Shown here: one piece after another, positions 42,621 to 52,356 of the stretch
Numbering within the stretch: position 1 is the first letter of the stretch
Layout: each line of letters opens with the position of its first letter
IMG/VR virus record: IMGVR_UViG_3300009285_007322
Length of the DNA stretch: 64,000 bases
Reading direction: 5' to 3' (one strand)
Source: a virus
The notes under the pieces: generated by a model
Databases searched by the model: none
Told to the model about the DNA's origin: nothing
Seen by the model: only the letters and a program-made list of their open reading frames with translations
Made by a program: the position numbers and the translations under genes

Positions 42621-44197
42621 ATCTTCTCCAGCCTGTAGAACACGTCGCCCGTTACCCGTATTTCCTGAGTATTCAACACGATCGGCAGGCTATGCTCGTG
42701 AGCAAAAACACGCAACATATCTGTGACAGCCGCTGCACGAATTCCGAGCGAACCTGTGATATCGTCCAGAATCAGGAAGGGAATAGGCTTCAGAGTGTGC
42801 GCGATTGCCAGCCGCAGGCACAATGCCGCGATCATGGTTTCACCTTCAGACAGCTCCTGCGCCTTTACCGGACCGTCTGAACGCACAAGCGTGATTCCGA
42901 CTGTAGTGTCGTATTGCATCTCGGCATGCATCCCGCACAGGCACAGGTAGTCGGTGGCGGCTCCGAGCACTCCGGAACTGACCGTCTCTACCAACTGCTT
43001 CTCCACCGACTGCATCCCGGAAGGAAGCACACAGTCCTGCAACAGCTCCAGCCTTGCCAGATAGCTGGACAGCCTGTCAGTTTCTTCTGCTCCGGCTGTC
43101 CGGCCTGCTTCTGCGCGCTCAGCCAATGTCAGCGCGGCCATAAGGTTCCTACAGGCATCTGCTGCCGCTCCGGCAGCATTACGGAGATCGTCAACATAGC
43201 GAAGGTAAGTCTCGGCCTTATCCTTGTCGGACCGAGACACCACAGGCGCAACCGCAAGACCGCGATATTCGTCAAGCAACCCCCGTAGTTCCTTGATAGG
43301 GGCTCCCGCCTTCACTGCTTCCGCATATCGGCCTGCCTGCTCCAGCAGGCGCGCCAGCGTGGGGGACGCCTCAAGCATGCGGCCTGAACCTATATAGGCT
43401 TCAATCTCTGAAGCTATCTGTCCGGCCATGCCGTACAGAGAAGCTTCGTCTACCAGGCGACATACCTCTTTCTCCGACAGAGCGAGCACAGGCTTAAGGA
43501 TCTTCTCCAGATCACGAATCTGTTCTTCCACATCGGATGCCAACCTGGCAGACAGCACAGCCCGACACACCGCTTCAGATTCGCCAGCTGCGGCGAGTTC
43601 TGCTTCTGCGGCGGCTCGAGCTTCGTCGGCCTTTGCGACTTGCATCCGCAGGTCTTCCAGATCAACAGGAACAGCCAAAGACCGCTGTGCCTCCACTGCC
43701 AATCTGCCCCGAACCGACGACACTTCCGACGACACCAGGTCGGAGAACCGGCTGGTGGAACTGCCGATAGCGGCGCGCATGGTGGACAGGAACGAGCTGG
43801 ACAGCTGCATGTTGGCCTGCAGCTTCATTCCGCTGCAGTAGCACAGCTCCGCCAGATCTGTGGCCGGAATACCGGTCATCATTGCCACACGTTCCTTGAT
43901 CGGACCGGACCCGGATACGGTCTGATCCTCCAGAAGCCGTACCGAGGCTCCTGAACGGAGAATTGACATGGTCTGCAAATCGTTGTCCAGCGTCACGCCC
44001 ATCTGGGACTTCTTCCCGAGACAGTCATTGGTACGCTTGGAAGGCATGCGTCCGGCCAGCAGCAGGAACAGAATGTCCCTTGTGCGCATGGTCTTTCCTG
44101 AACCGATAGGTCCAGTGATCACGTTCAGGCCGGGTACAAAATCGAACGAGACGTCCGGTAAGCCAGACAATCCCCTTGCGTATAGCTGTTTCAACAT
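42617..44197 (-). CDS. Rad50/SbcC/gp46-like ABC ATPase with coiled coil; C-terminal motifs degenerate
   Basis: GLNVITGPIGSGKT; long helical insert; signature LSEGE; Walker B LILDDITGSL; H-loop IVLNTQ. Confidence 0.82.
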   Translation of the reverse strand: MLKQLYARGLSGLPDVSFDFVPGLNVITGPIGSGKTMRTRDILFLLLAGRMPSKRTNDCLGKKSQMGVTLDNDLQTMSILRSGASVRLLEDQTVSGSGPIKERVAMMTGIPATDLAELCYCSGMKLQANMQLSSSFLSTMRAAIGSSTSRFSDLVSSEVSSVRGRLAVEAQRSLAVPVDLEDLRMQVAKADEARAAAEAELAAAGESEAVCRAVLSARLASDVEEQIRDLEKILKPVLALSEKEVCRLVDEASLYGMAGQIASEIEAYIGSGRMLEASPTLARLLEQAGRYAEAVKAGAPIKELRGLLDEYRGLAVAPVVSRSDKDKAETYLRYVDDLRNAAGAAADACRNLMAALTLAERAEAGRTAGAEETDRLSSYLARLELLQDCVLPSGMQSVEKQLVETVSSGVLGAATDYLCLCGMHAEMQYDTTVGITLVRSDGPVKAQELSEGETMIAALCLRLAIAHTLKPIPFLILDDITGSLGIRAAAVTDMLRVFAHEHSLPIVLNTQEIRVTGDVFYRLEKI

Positions 44198-44697
44198 ATC
44201 TGTAGAATAAACCTGTGCTTAGACCGACGGACAAAGTCCCTGCCTAGCTCGGCAATGATCCTGTCCTCCAGCAATTTCAGATGCTCGTCAGTCGGGTAGT
44301 GTGAGTCTTTGGCCGGATACAATTCGACCATCGGCCTACAGCCTGGAACTGCAACATGTTTGATCTCCCGGCACACCTGTGCCAGTTCATCGCTGTCTAG
44401 GAACATCAGGACATAGTTGGCAAGGATAGCTGTAGCCCATGTTACGGGGCACGGCAGTAAATCGTGCCCCAGCATACATGCACGAACATCTGTGACATCA
44501 GGACAGGCATCAACGGCAACGACAGTTGCTCCGAGGTGCTGCAGGTACCGAGCATTTCTTCCGTTGCCACAGCCCAGATCAAGCACACGGTTACCAGCTT
44601 TACCAAGCAACAGCCTCGCGTACTTTCTGAGATATGGAGTTGGATCTGTTCTTCCGCACCGCACACACCATCTGTCGTTCATGTACTGTCGACTCAC
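44191..44697 (-). CDS. Class I SAM-dependent methyltransferase
   Basis: VLDLGCGNGRNARYL..VVAVD..ILANYVLMFL. Confidence 0.9.
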   Translation of the reverse strand: MSRQYMNDRWCVRCGRTDPTPYLRKYARLLLGKAGNRVLDLGCGNGRNARYLQHLGATVVAVDACPDVTDVRACMLGHDLLPCPVTWATAILANYVLMFLDSDELAQVCREIKHVAVPGCRPMVELYPAKDSHYPTDEHLKLLEDRIIAELGRDFVRRSKHRFILQIC

Positions 44698-45458
44698 AGC
44701 AGATTCCTGACATATTCCAAGTTGTGCTCGATCATGGAGCGTGCCGCTGCCTCCGCGAACGCCGGATCGGCCGTGGATTTAAGTACCGTGTCCCGCAGAA
44801 CGTCGTGCGCTTCTGGAACCCGACCGCATACTCCCTGTACGCGAAACGATCCGGGATCGGCGGTCTGCACCAAAGGCACCAGGGTATCCTTGTCCAGGAT
44901 GGATACAGTCCTGACAGGATCCGGAAACGGAACAACTGTTTCACATGGAACCAGAGGTCCTCCGTCGCGGGTTGTCCAGAACATTGGCATTCCGGGTGCA
45001 AATCTTGGAACAGCCCCTTCCAATGTCCAACCATCGGACTGCAGCAATACAGCATTGGGGAACACATTAAGCAATTCCGCTGCCGCCCGGGCTTGTCCCC
45101 TGTTTACCCACACACATCGGGTCCACAGCATTTCGCTGGACAACATGCGTTTCACAGAGGACACGTCCGCAATAGACGCCAGGACTGGAAGAGGAGCTAC
45201 GCACCAGTGTGCTGGAAAGTCCGCAAACGATCCCGGTCTTACCAATATATGCAGCGCGCTGTCGCCAAGCCAGGCAGCCATTGTCTCGAAATGTTCATCA
45301 GGCGCGAGACTGGTGAAAGGTTCTACCAGTACACACGCTTCGAAAGTCTGCACCAATGCTGCGTCACGCCCTGAAAACGGAGGCATCTGGTACATCTTCC
45401 CGCTCGACAGGTCCAGAAGCGGAAGTCCCGGACCGTTGATCAGAATCTCTATGCCCAT
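44694..45458 (-). CDS. Hypothetical protein (254 aa)
   Basis: ATG at 45458 with AGGA RBS; coupled to the methyltransferase. Confidence 0.7.
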   Translation of the reverse strand: MGIEILINGPGLPLLDLSSGKMYQMPPFSGRDAALVQTFEACVLVEPFTSLAPDEHFETMAAWLGDSALHILVRPGSFADFPAHWCVAPLPVLASIADVSSVKRMLSSEMLWTRCVWVNRGQARAAAELLNVFPNAVLLQSDGWTLEGAVPRFAPGMPMFWTTRDGGPLVPCETVVPFPDPVRTVSILDKDTLVPLVQTADPGSFRVQGVCGRVPEAHDVLRDTVLKSTADPAFAEAAARSMIEHNLEYVRNLL

Positions 45459-45681
45459 TTGGTATGTTTCCTGTGTAGAAATATTTCCATATAAAGTCAC
45501 CAAACTCACGAACAACAATCTGGTTATTGTGCAGCACGCCTACATACTGCTGTCTATCTGAATCCCATTGTGAGTACACAGGTTCATCTGCACACCACAT
45601 ACCATGCTCGTTGTCAGGCTCTGAATGCACTGTCGGCAGATTCTTCCAGTCCGAAATTTCTAGCCTTCTCGATCTCGCCAT
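45364..45681 (-). CDS. Hypothetical protein (3' end overlaps the next gene)
   Basis: Plausible composition; fills the gap. Confidence 0.4.
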   Translation of the reverse strand: MARSRRLEISDWKNLPTVHSEPDNEHGMWCADEPVYSQWDSDRQQYVGVLHNNQIVVREFGDFIWKYFYTGNIPNGHRDSDQRSGTSASGPVEREDVPDASVFRA

Positions 45682-45871
45682 TGGCGCTGTCTTCCGTTTT
45701 CGCCCTTTCTTTGTTCAATACAGATTCTTCTGGCTGGGGCATTTGAACTGTGTCAGGGTTTGTTTGCTCCGTACGCCGTACGGCTGACACAATATGGGAA
45801 AGCACGTCGTGCCGCATCATCCGAAGAACTATATGGCGCATTCTTCGGCGACTTTCCCACATGTACTGCAT
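45614..45871 (-). CDS. Hypothetical protein
   Basis: First ORF of the leftward operon. Confidence 0.4.
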   Translation of the reverse strand: MQYMWESRRRMRHIVLRMMRHDVLSHIVSAVRRTEQTNPDTVQMPQPEESVLNKERAKTEDSANGEIEKARNFGLEESADSAFRA

Positions 45872-45949
45872 ACCGAACTACAGTAAAGCCTAAGTGCTCT
45901 TCCTTTCAGGATGCTGGAAACATTCACGAAATCGTAAAACAGATGACAC

Positions 45950-45980
45950 GGCGAAGCCTCCATACGGAGTAAGCTTCGCC
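45950..45980 (+). promoter_or_regulatory. Hairpin in the terminase leader
   Basis: GGCGAAGC-CTCC-ATAC-GGAG-TAA-GCTTCGCC, ending 12 nt before the ATG at 45993. Confidence 0.45.
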
Positions 45981-45992
45981 TTCCAATGGATT

Positions 45993-47840
45993 ATGCCGCA
46001 AAACACACCAGTTTTTAAGCAGACTCCGAAGCCGGAAAAGGTATCGGACGCCGATCTGATCAACCTGTTCCAGAAATGTCTGGATGCCCTGGTACAGCGA
46101 GCAAGAGCCGGTGTCCGCAACCTTGCGGACTATACCTTTATGCTGAACATGGAAGGGCACCCCATGTCGGTGGCCCGGTTCCCCATGTTCCACGAGATGT
46201 TCGATTCCCTGCCTGTTCTGTCCGAAATCTGGCTCACGGCCCGCCAAGTTGGAAAGACCTTCCAGGGAGTAGCAGCCGATATCGTAGAAAGGTTGTCCAG
46301 GTCCGGTACCAGGAGCCTGATAGTAACTCCACTATTCAGCCAGGCGGCACGCATCAGTAAGGAAATCACCGCTCCAATGCTGGCCAATAGCATGTTTAGG
46401 GACGAAATCGTAACCCTCGCTTCTAAACAAACAGTATTGAGACGGACGTATTGCAACCAAAGTACCGACACCTACAGCTACGCCCTCCTGGACGTATTAC
46501 GCATACGAGGCATTACAGGTATCGACCGGTTGTGGGTAGACGAGATCCAGGGAGTCCGCGAAGACATCCTGCCCATCATCGAACAGACGCAGGCCGCTCG
46601 TCCGTACACCGGATGGAAACGCTATACAGGAACTCCGCTGTCTACTGGAAACCTGGCCGAAGTTCTGTGGCAAAAGAGTTCGCAGGGAGAACAGGTGATT
46701 CGCTGCGGCTGCGGAAAATGGAACATAGGCGCCGTCGACCACGATCTGCTGAACATGATCGGTCCATTATGTCCAATATGCGTGAAATGCGGCAAGCCCC
46801 TGGATATTATGAAACAGATCTTCGTGCCTCGCTACCGGGAGCGGGAAGAGGAGTTCCGAGGCAGGCACATCAGCCAGGTACTGCATCCGCTGCACGCGTG
46901 CATCCCGCTACAGTGGCGCAAACTTCGTAAACTGATGGCCGATCCTCAATTCCCGAAGTACCAGTTGTACAATGAGGTGCTCGGCGTGTCGTTCGACAGC
47001 GCCGACCGGATGATAGACAAACCCACCCTGCAGGCAGTATGCGACCTTGGACCGAACACGCTGGAAGAGGCCAGGAAGAAACGCAGGGAGCTTTCCATAT
47101 GCGGCATAGGCATAGACTGGGGCGGAGGAGGAGACACACATTCCTGGACCAAACTGGTGTTCGGGGGCATTAAATCCGGAACCTCCGACCTGCACGTTCA
47201 CCATATGCTGTCTCTTCCGCAGTCCATGAATCCTGCGGCGCAGGCGGCAGAGGTCCTTAAACTGATCTCCATCTACAATCCGGCCATCTTCGCACACGAC
47301 TATACCGGAGCAGGCTGGCTTTTCGAGACTCTGGGATTCGGACAGGATCTGGACCCGCACATAGTCTGGCCATTCACCTACGGCTACAGCCCCAACAGGG
47401 AAGTAGTGTACGCGAACGTGGCAGAGAAAGGTTCGAGAGCCAGTCTGCACCTGGATCATACCAGAAGCCTGTTTGCCATGTTCACAGCCATCCGTGGAGG
47501 AAAGATCCGGTTTCCGGACTACGACATGCAGCGTATGCAGGATAGCTACGCTAGGCCAGTAGACGATTTCCTGGCAGTGTTCGCGGAACGCCGTCCTTCT
47601 GTAAGAGGAGGAGACATCCTTACGGTTAAGCGGGATCCCGGGCATAGCGACGACTTCGCCCACGCTACCAATTTCCTGGCAACTGCCTGCTGGTACAGAG
47701 TAGGATCGTATCCGTCTGTTCCGGATACATCCAACGGATCCCGATTAAGCCATACCCAGGAAGAGCTGGAACAGATGGACGGACAATGGGTACTGCCGGA
47801 ACGAGAAACGTACGAAGATTCAGGGCCGTACACAGCCTAA
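45993..47840 (+). CDS. terL: Terminase large subunit
   Basis: TARQVGKT (Walker A); LWVDEIQ (Walker B); YTGTP (coupling motif); CGCGKWN..CVKCGKPL Zn finger; YNEVLG; GIDWGGG and DDFAHA RNase H-like nuclease motifs. Confidence 0.93.
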   Translation: MPQNTPVFKQTPKPEKVSDADLINLFQKCLDALVQRARAGVRNLADYTFMLNMEGHPMSVARFPMFHEMFDSLPVLSEIWLTARQVGKTFQGVAADIVERLSRSGTRSLIVTPLFSQAARISKEITAPMLANSMFRDEIVTLASKQTVLRRTYCNQSTDTYSYALLDVLRIRGITGIDRLWVDEIQGVREDILPIIEQTQAARPYTGWKRYTGTPLSTGNLAEVLWQKSSQGEQVIRCGCGKWNIGAVDHDLLNMIGPLCPICVKCGKPLDIMKQIFVPRYREREEEFRGRHISQVLHPLHACIPLQWRKLRKLMADPQFPKYQLYNEVLGVSFDSADRMIDKPTLQAVCDLGPNTLEEARKKRRELSICGIGIDWGGGGDTHSWTKLVFGGIKSGTSDLHVHHMLSLPQSMNPAAQAAEVLKLISIYNPAIFAHDYTGAGWLFETLGFGQDLDPHIVWPFTYGYSPNREVVYANVAEKGSRASLHLDHTRSLFAMFTAIRGGKIRFPDYDMQRMQDSYARPVDDFLAVFAERRPSVRGGDILTVKRDPGHSDDFAHATNFLATACWYRVGSYPSVPDTSNGSRLSHTQEELEQMDGQWVLPERETYEDSGPYTA

Positions 47841-47921
47841 TACCTGCAGACCGGAACCGCGCACATACGTCGCACAGGCAATCGGGCTATATTAGGGCGA
47901 GCAAGCATCACGGAGCGCACA

Positions 47922-48983
47922 ATGAATCCGTTTGTCGACATCTATCACGACAAGAGCAAGACTGTCCTGCAGCAGATCATGGCGGATCGTCCGGATCTGC
48001 CGCCGTTCGTGGTGCAGCATCGCGCTATGACAGATGACGAGATCGCTCATCTTTCTTCTGCAGAGTTCGCCGACATGCGCAACCGCATGTTTCCCATCTG
48101 CTCGCGCGCAGAGACCTGGAACAGCATTGCGTATTTTAATCGCCAGCCCCTGGTGGAGAAAAAGGCTGTGCTTTCACCGGAGTCCTTCGCGGCCAGAGAA
48201 ATGATTCGGGAAACCCTTGCCAAGGCTGCCTCTCTGTGGGGGCTTGACGACGAAGAGGTCGAAATGCTGTCCAAGCAGGTCACACTAAGGGTTCCCAAGA
48301 AAGCCGAAACAGACAACATCATAGAGTTCCATGGCACATCTGTGCCGGTGACTGACGCCATTTCCGGCAAAACGGTAGTGGCTCAGTTCCTGGAATGCGC
48401 TTCGGATATGCCAGAGAGCGAGCGGCGTAGCACTGCCACGTGTGTGCTCAAGGCCGCGAGCTCCGTCGACACGGTAGTTCCGGAAGCCCAGATCCGTACG
48501 CTGCTGCAGCACGCAGGCGCGGCCACCTGTACCAGGGAAGACGCCCTGTCCGTGCTGGACGGCGTCATCCCGTACATTCCTCACTACGCAGAGGCCGCCA
48601 AGACCACCAGAAACGTACGAGACTGCCTGCGCAAAATGCCGGAAGGCTCGCTCATGCAGCCAAATGACGTGAATGCCATGGTGGATTCTCTCGAAAGTAT
48701 CTCTCACCGGTACGATATCCGCCACGCCGCTGTGGCAGAAGGCCTGCGGCGCATCACCACTGCGGACATCGAGGCCGAGATGGCCGAACAGGCGGATATG
48801 GTGAAGCTGCCCGGGGGTATCATGGCACGCAAGAGCGCCATCGCCGAAAACGCAATGACCCTCAGCGATATGATGCACAACCTGTACCAGGTTGAAGCCC
48901 ACCGTCCGGAAGACATCGTGACTGCGCTGGGTAAGCTCACCCCCAGGGAAATCCTGCCGCTCCGCAACCATATCGGGGCATGA
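47922..48983 (+). CDS. Hypothetical head-morphogenesis-region protein (353 aa)
   Basis: FAD..RMFPI..AETW.S..YF motif; follows terminase. Function is inference. Confidence 0.7.
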   Translation: MNPFVDIYHDKSKTVLQQIMADRPDLPPFVVQHRAMTDDEIAHLSSAEFADMRNRMFPICSRAETWNSIAYFNRQPLVEKKAVLSPESFAAREMIRETLAKAASLWGLDDEEVEMLSKQVTLRVPKKAETDNIIEFHGTSVPVTDAISGKTVVAQFLECASDMPESERRSTATCVLKAASSVDTVVPEAQIRTLLQHAGAATCTREDALSVLDGVIPYIPHYAEAAKTTRNVRDCLRKMPEGSLMQPNDVNAMVDSLESISHRYDIRHAAVAEGLRRITTADIEAEMAEQADMVKLPGGIMARKSAIAENAMTLSDMMHNLYQVEAHRPEDIVTALGKLTPREILPLRNHIGA

Positions 48984-48984
48984 C

Positions 48985-50892
48985 ATGGCCAATGGCGGAC
49001 CCACTTCTGCACAGACGTCGTCCGACGTAGACCGGCTCAGCGTACAGCAGCAGGTCGGATCGGCCTTCTCCGGTCTTGGCCAGTTCGACGACTGGCAGCA
49101 GCAGGCGTCAAATGCGCTGGCCCAACTGTCTCCATTCCTGAACATCGCCAAATCCATCTGGGGACAGCAGTACACTGTCGACGCCCTGGGGAACAAGACC
49201 AAGATCGGCGCCGGCTCGAACATTCCGGGGCAGAACTGGATCGATCTACAAGACCGCAGATTCTATGCTGGACTGTTCGAGCCGCTAAAGCAGGAGCGTG
49301 AAGACCAGAAGCACGATCTGCTGGTTAACTGGTACATCAACGTCCGTGGCTTCTCTCCCGAACGCGCCGAACAGGCAGCCTCCGGCTGGTCTATAGAGAG
49401 GGGCGCGTTAACCCTGGCCAAGATATTCCAGGACTGGGGACTGGACAAGGTAGTCAACGGCTTCCTGCAGCGCGAAGGAATCAACACCGCGTCCTACAGT
49501 CCTGGAGACGACCGGCGCAAGACGGCTGTAGTGAATCTGGTTTCAAGAATGTATAAGGCCGCGTCCGGACTGTCGGCCGACAGCCCTTTCCAGGGAGCAA
49601 TATCCAGCAAGCACATGCAAACCATGCTGGAGCTGTACGAACGCGGTGCCTTCCGCAACCTTATGCGCATGCCCGGTGTGTTCGACATGGCGGGCAAGTT
49701 AACCGAATACGGCTCCATGATGGTGGATCAGGACATACGGTCCAAGGCCAGCAATGTAAGAATACTGACGCAGTTGACCGGACAGACAGATCCTGTGAAA
49801 GCTGTCGGACTGATGAAGACCGTGTTCGGCGACCGGTTTGTGGCTGCACTCGGCAAGCCCGGAATAGGAAAAGCCATGGGCACGTACTATCAGGCCGCAA
49901 GACTGGCTGGTGTGACTGACCCTACCCAGATGGTAGCGTTACTCGGCAACCTGAGCAGGATCACAGGACGTACGGATCCAAGCGTGCTGATGGCTATGGC
50001 AAGCCAGAAACTTAGCTTCGACAAGCTGGGAATGGCCGGAAACCCTGACCAGTGGAACAAATGGACGATGAAACTGACAGCGGACGCTGTCAACAGCGAA
50101 GCCATGAAGCACGCCGGAGCAGCCGCCGCAGCACTGGAACACCAGTACGGAAGATCCGCAGCCTGGAACATAATGCAGGATGTCCTGCGCCAAGGTTCCA
50201 GGTACAGGTATGGTTTCCTGTCCGAGGCCAACAAGCTGCTTGATCCAGAGTACAGGCTGAAGCCGCAAGACGTGGAAGCCATGATGAGCCATCCTTCCGC
50301 TCAGGCCTTCGTATCCAGCGGACTGGCACTGCCGGCGTTGACCACCATAGGAGCGGCGCGCATGTGGAACCAGCTCCGAAGCATCAGTCCATGGATCGCA
50401 CGGCACGGCAACGCCATCCTGCAACGCTACGGAGGCTTTGGCAGGGAACAGGTGCAGGCATATGCCAACAGCCTCGGAGCTCGACCGCAGGAACTGGCAC
50501 AGATTCTGAAGCACACTGATGATGTAGCCAGGCAGGTGAACGCCGATCCAGACGCCTTGTACGGAATGATCAGCACATCGTCCAACTACTCCAGGCGCAT
50601 GAACTTCCTGAAGGAAGCAGAACGTCGTGGAAAAGATGTGTATTACAGCGTAGGACAAGCTCCGGACTCCGGATTCAGGGGGGCAGCCAAGGCTATTGAC
50701 GAAGGCAGTGGAGTTGCTGGAATTCTGCAGAGTATCCTTGGAGGCGGCGAAATAGACAGAAGTGCAATAGATACGCCGCCTGGAAAAAAGGTAGAGGTGG
50801 CGCCCTTGCGCACAGAACCTGCGGAACCCGCTCCGGCACCGAAGCTGCCACAGCCTGGCGAACCACCTAAACTGGAACCTACCAAGCAATGA
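48985..50892 (+). CDS. Large hypothetical protein (635 aa), possible virion/ejection protein
   Basis: Long Ala/Gly-rich helical ORF with a Pro-rich tail. Confidence 0.75.
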   Translation: MANGGPTSAQTSSDVDRLSVQQQVGSAFSGLGQFDDWQQQASNALAQLSPFLNIAKSIWGQQYTVDALGNKTKIGAGSNIPGQNWIDLQDRRFYAGLFEPLKQEREDQKHDLLVNWYINVRGFSPERAEQAASGWSIERGALTLAKIFQDWGLDKVVNGFLQREGINTASYSPGDDRRKTAVVNLVSRMYKAASGLSADSPFQGAISSKHMQTMLELYERGAFRNLMRMPGVFDMAGKLTEYGSMMVDQDIRSKASNVRILTQLTGQTDPVKAVGLMKTVFGDRFVAALGKPGIGKAMGTYYQAARLAGVTDPTQMVALLGNLSRITGRTDPSVLMAMASQKLSFDKLGMAGNPDQWNKWTMKLTADAVNSEAMKHAGAAAAALEHQYGRSAAWNIMQDVLRQGSRYRYGFLSEANKLLDPEYRLKPQDVEAMMSHPSAQAFVSSGLALPALTTIGAARMWNQLRSISPWIARHGNAILQRYGGFGREQVQAYANSLGARPQELAQILKHTDDVARQVNADPDALYGMISTSSNYSRRMNFLKEAERRGKDVYYSVGQAPDSGFRGAAKAIDEGSGVAGILQSILGGGEIDRSAIDTPPGKKVEVAPLRTEPAEPAPAPKLPQPGEPPKLEPTKQ

Positions 50893-51569
50893 TCCAGGAA
50901 GAGCTAAAGAAAGCTGGAGGGATCTTCGCCGATCCCATGACGCTGGGAACACCTGCGCTGGTGCTGGCTATCCAGTTGTTCGACGAAGACTGTCTCGAGT
51001 GGGACCCTGTGTTCCTTGAGGAAGCTATAAAAGAGCGCACCGGGGCAACCATTCACGAAGACGTCATGCAGCGACTGCAAGCGCTGGCTTCCGTACTGGC
51101 ATCCGACCGTTTCTTCACCAGTCCGGAAGTGTTCCACATCGTCTGCGCATCGGTATTGGATCCGGACAGTTCGCCGGAACAGATGCGCGCAGCTCCGTCT
51201 CCGCTGGAGCTGACATGGACATGTGTAGAAGTACAGCTGCTTCTTGGCGGAGAGTACAGCGCGTCGTACTTCTCTCCCCAGGTGCGCCGGTACTGTGGAA
51301 CGGCCTTGATGTCCGAAGGGCTGTACAGGGCCCCAGAACACCTGGCGTTCGCAGACTTCCCTCCGAGCAGATATCCTGCACAAGCTTCCCAGGACGAAAC
51401 TCTGGCCATGGCTTTCGAGCAGGACCAGCAAGCCACACTGGCAGAAATACGTTCGTCTGTGAATGTACTGGTAAAACTCTACCGCCAGCAGCTATCTCAA
51501 CTGGCTCAGTACGGCGGCAACACGAAAATGTTCGAGAAGCTGTCAGGCGTCAAGACCGAACAATCCTGA
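50889..51569 (+). CDS. Hypothetical protein (226 aa)
   Basis: ATGA overlap; its stop overlaps the convergent gene by 20 nt. Confidence 0.75.
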   Translation: MIQEELKKAGGIFADPMTLGTPALVLAIQLFDEDCLEWDPVFLEEAIKERTGATIHEDVMQRLQALASVLASDRFFTSPEVFHIVCASVLDPDSSPEQMRAAPSPLELTWTCVEVQLLLGGEYSASYFSPQVRRYCGTALMSEGLYRAPEHLAFADFPPSRYPAQASQDETLAMAFEQDQQATLAEIRSSVNVLVKLYRQQLSQLAQYGGNTKMFEKLSGVKTEQS

Positions 51570-52356
51570 TCGGCTTATCCGGACGTAGAACTGCGGACGA
51601 ATTCAAACCTACTCCTGTGGGAATCTCTACCCTTCCGGCTATACGCATCACATCTTTGGCATCCAACTTGTTGGCTTCCATCATGCGCTTTCCATTCATT
51701 CCTGCCAGGATCTGGATACGCAGGTTGTAGGGAACGTCGGTGGCTCGCAGGATAGTTGCGATCTCGCCTTCGGTCAGCATCGGAAACCTCTGAAGGAAGT
51801 ACTTGATATTCACTTCCTCGGGCAAGCCATCCGCCGTATACGCTCCACGCTCCTTGGTCAGGTCGCCCTTCTGCCAGGCCAGGTTGTCGGTAATGCGCTG
51901 CATAGCCCTCGGAACATGGTCCATCTTCAGCGCTGATTCCTGCTGATGCTTGGCTGTGCGCCAGGCGGTGCTGAGCTTGGTTATCAGCTCCTGGGTCTGT
52001 GACTTCACGTGTGCAGGGACAACAACTCCACGAGATTCCGCAGAGTACATGCTTTGCAGCATTTGTGCACAGTCCCTGGCAAAATTCCTGACCTCTTCGG
52101 CGGTTTTGCGGTGGATCTTACCATCCTTGGTCTGCAGGGTTACGAACCCTTCCTTGGCACAGACATTGTCTATGTGTGCCAGCTTGCTCTTGAAGACATT
52201 GGGAACCTTGTAGAGCGTAGTTTTCGGCTTTTCCTCTGCAGGTTTGGGCTGCTCAGTCGGTACCTGTTCCTGGATGGGCACCGGAACTGCCGGAACATCT
52301 GGTACAACAGCCGACACTGGTGCTACAACCGGCGTTTCCACAGTCTGGTCTGTCAT
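51550..52356 (-). CDS. Hypothetical protein (268 aa)
   Basis: ATGA overlap with the upstream ORF. Confidence 0.75.
   Translation of the reverse strand: MTDQTVETPVVAPVSAVVPDVPAVPVPIQEQVPTEQPKPAEEKPKTTLYKVPNVFKSKLAHIDNVCAKEGFVTLQTKDGKIHRKTAEEVRNFARDCAQMLQSMYSAESRGVVVPAHVKSQTQELITKLSTAWRTAKHQQESALKMDHVPRAMQRITDNLAWQKGDLTKERGAYTADGLPEEVNIKYFLQRFPMLTEGEIATILRATDVPYNLRIQILAGMNGKRMMEANKLDAKDVMRIAGRVEIPTGVGLNSSAVLRPDKPIRIVRS

Noticed and set aside
45364-45681. Degenerate Mre11/SbcD motifs (ISDWK, GDF, NGHRD)
   Set aside because: Spacing and length do not fit, the DxH and GNH motifs are not actually present, and the resemblance is too weak.
1119-45893. Shared 11-mer GTAAAGCCTAA at 1119-1129 and 45883-45893
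   Set aside because: A single 11-mer match among a few kb of intergenic DNA is expected by chance, and its position relative to the starts differs.
45923-45930. TnpB guide seed match TTCACGAA in the terminase promoter region
   Set aside because: Only 8 nt; about 2 such matches are expected in this window (another is at ~39203).
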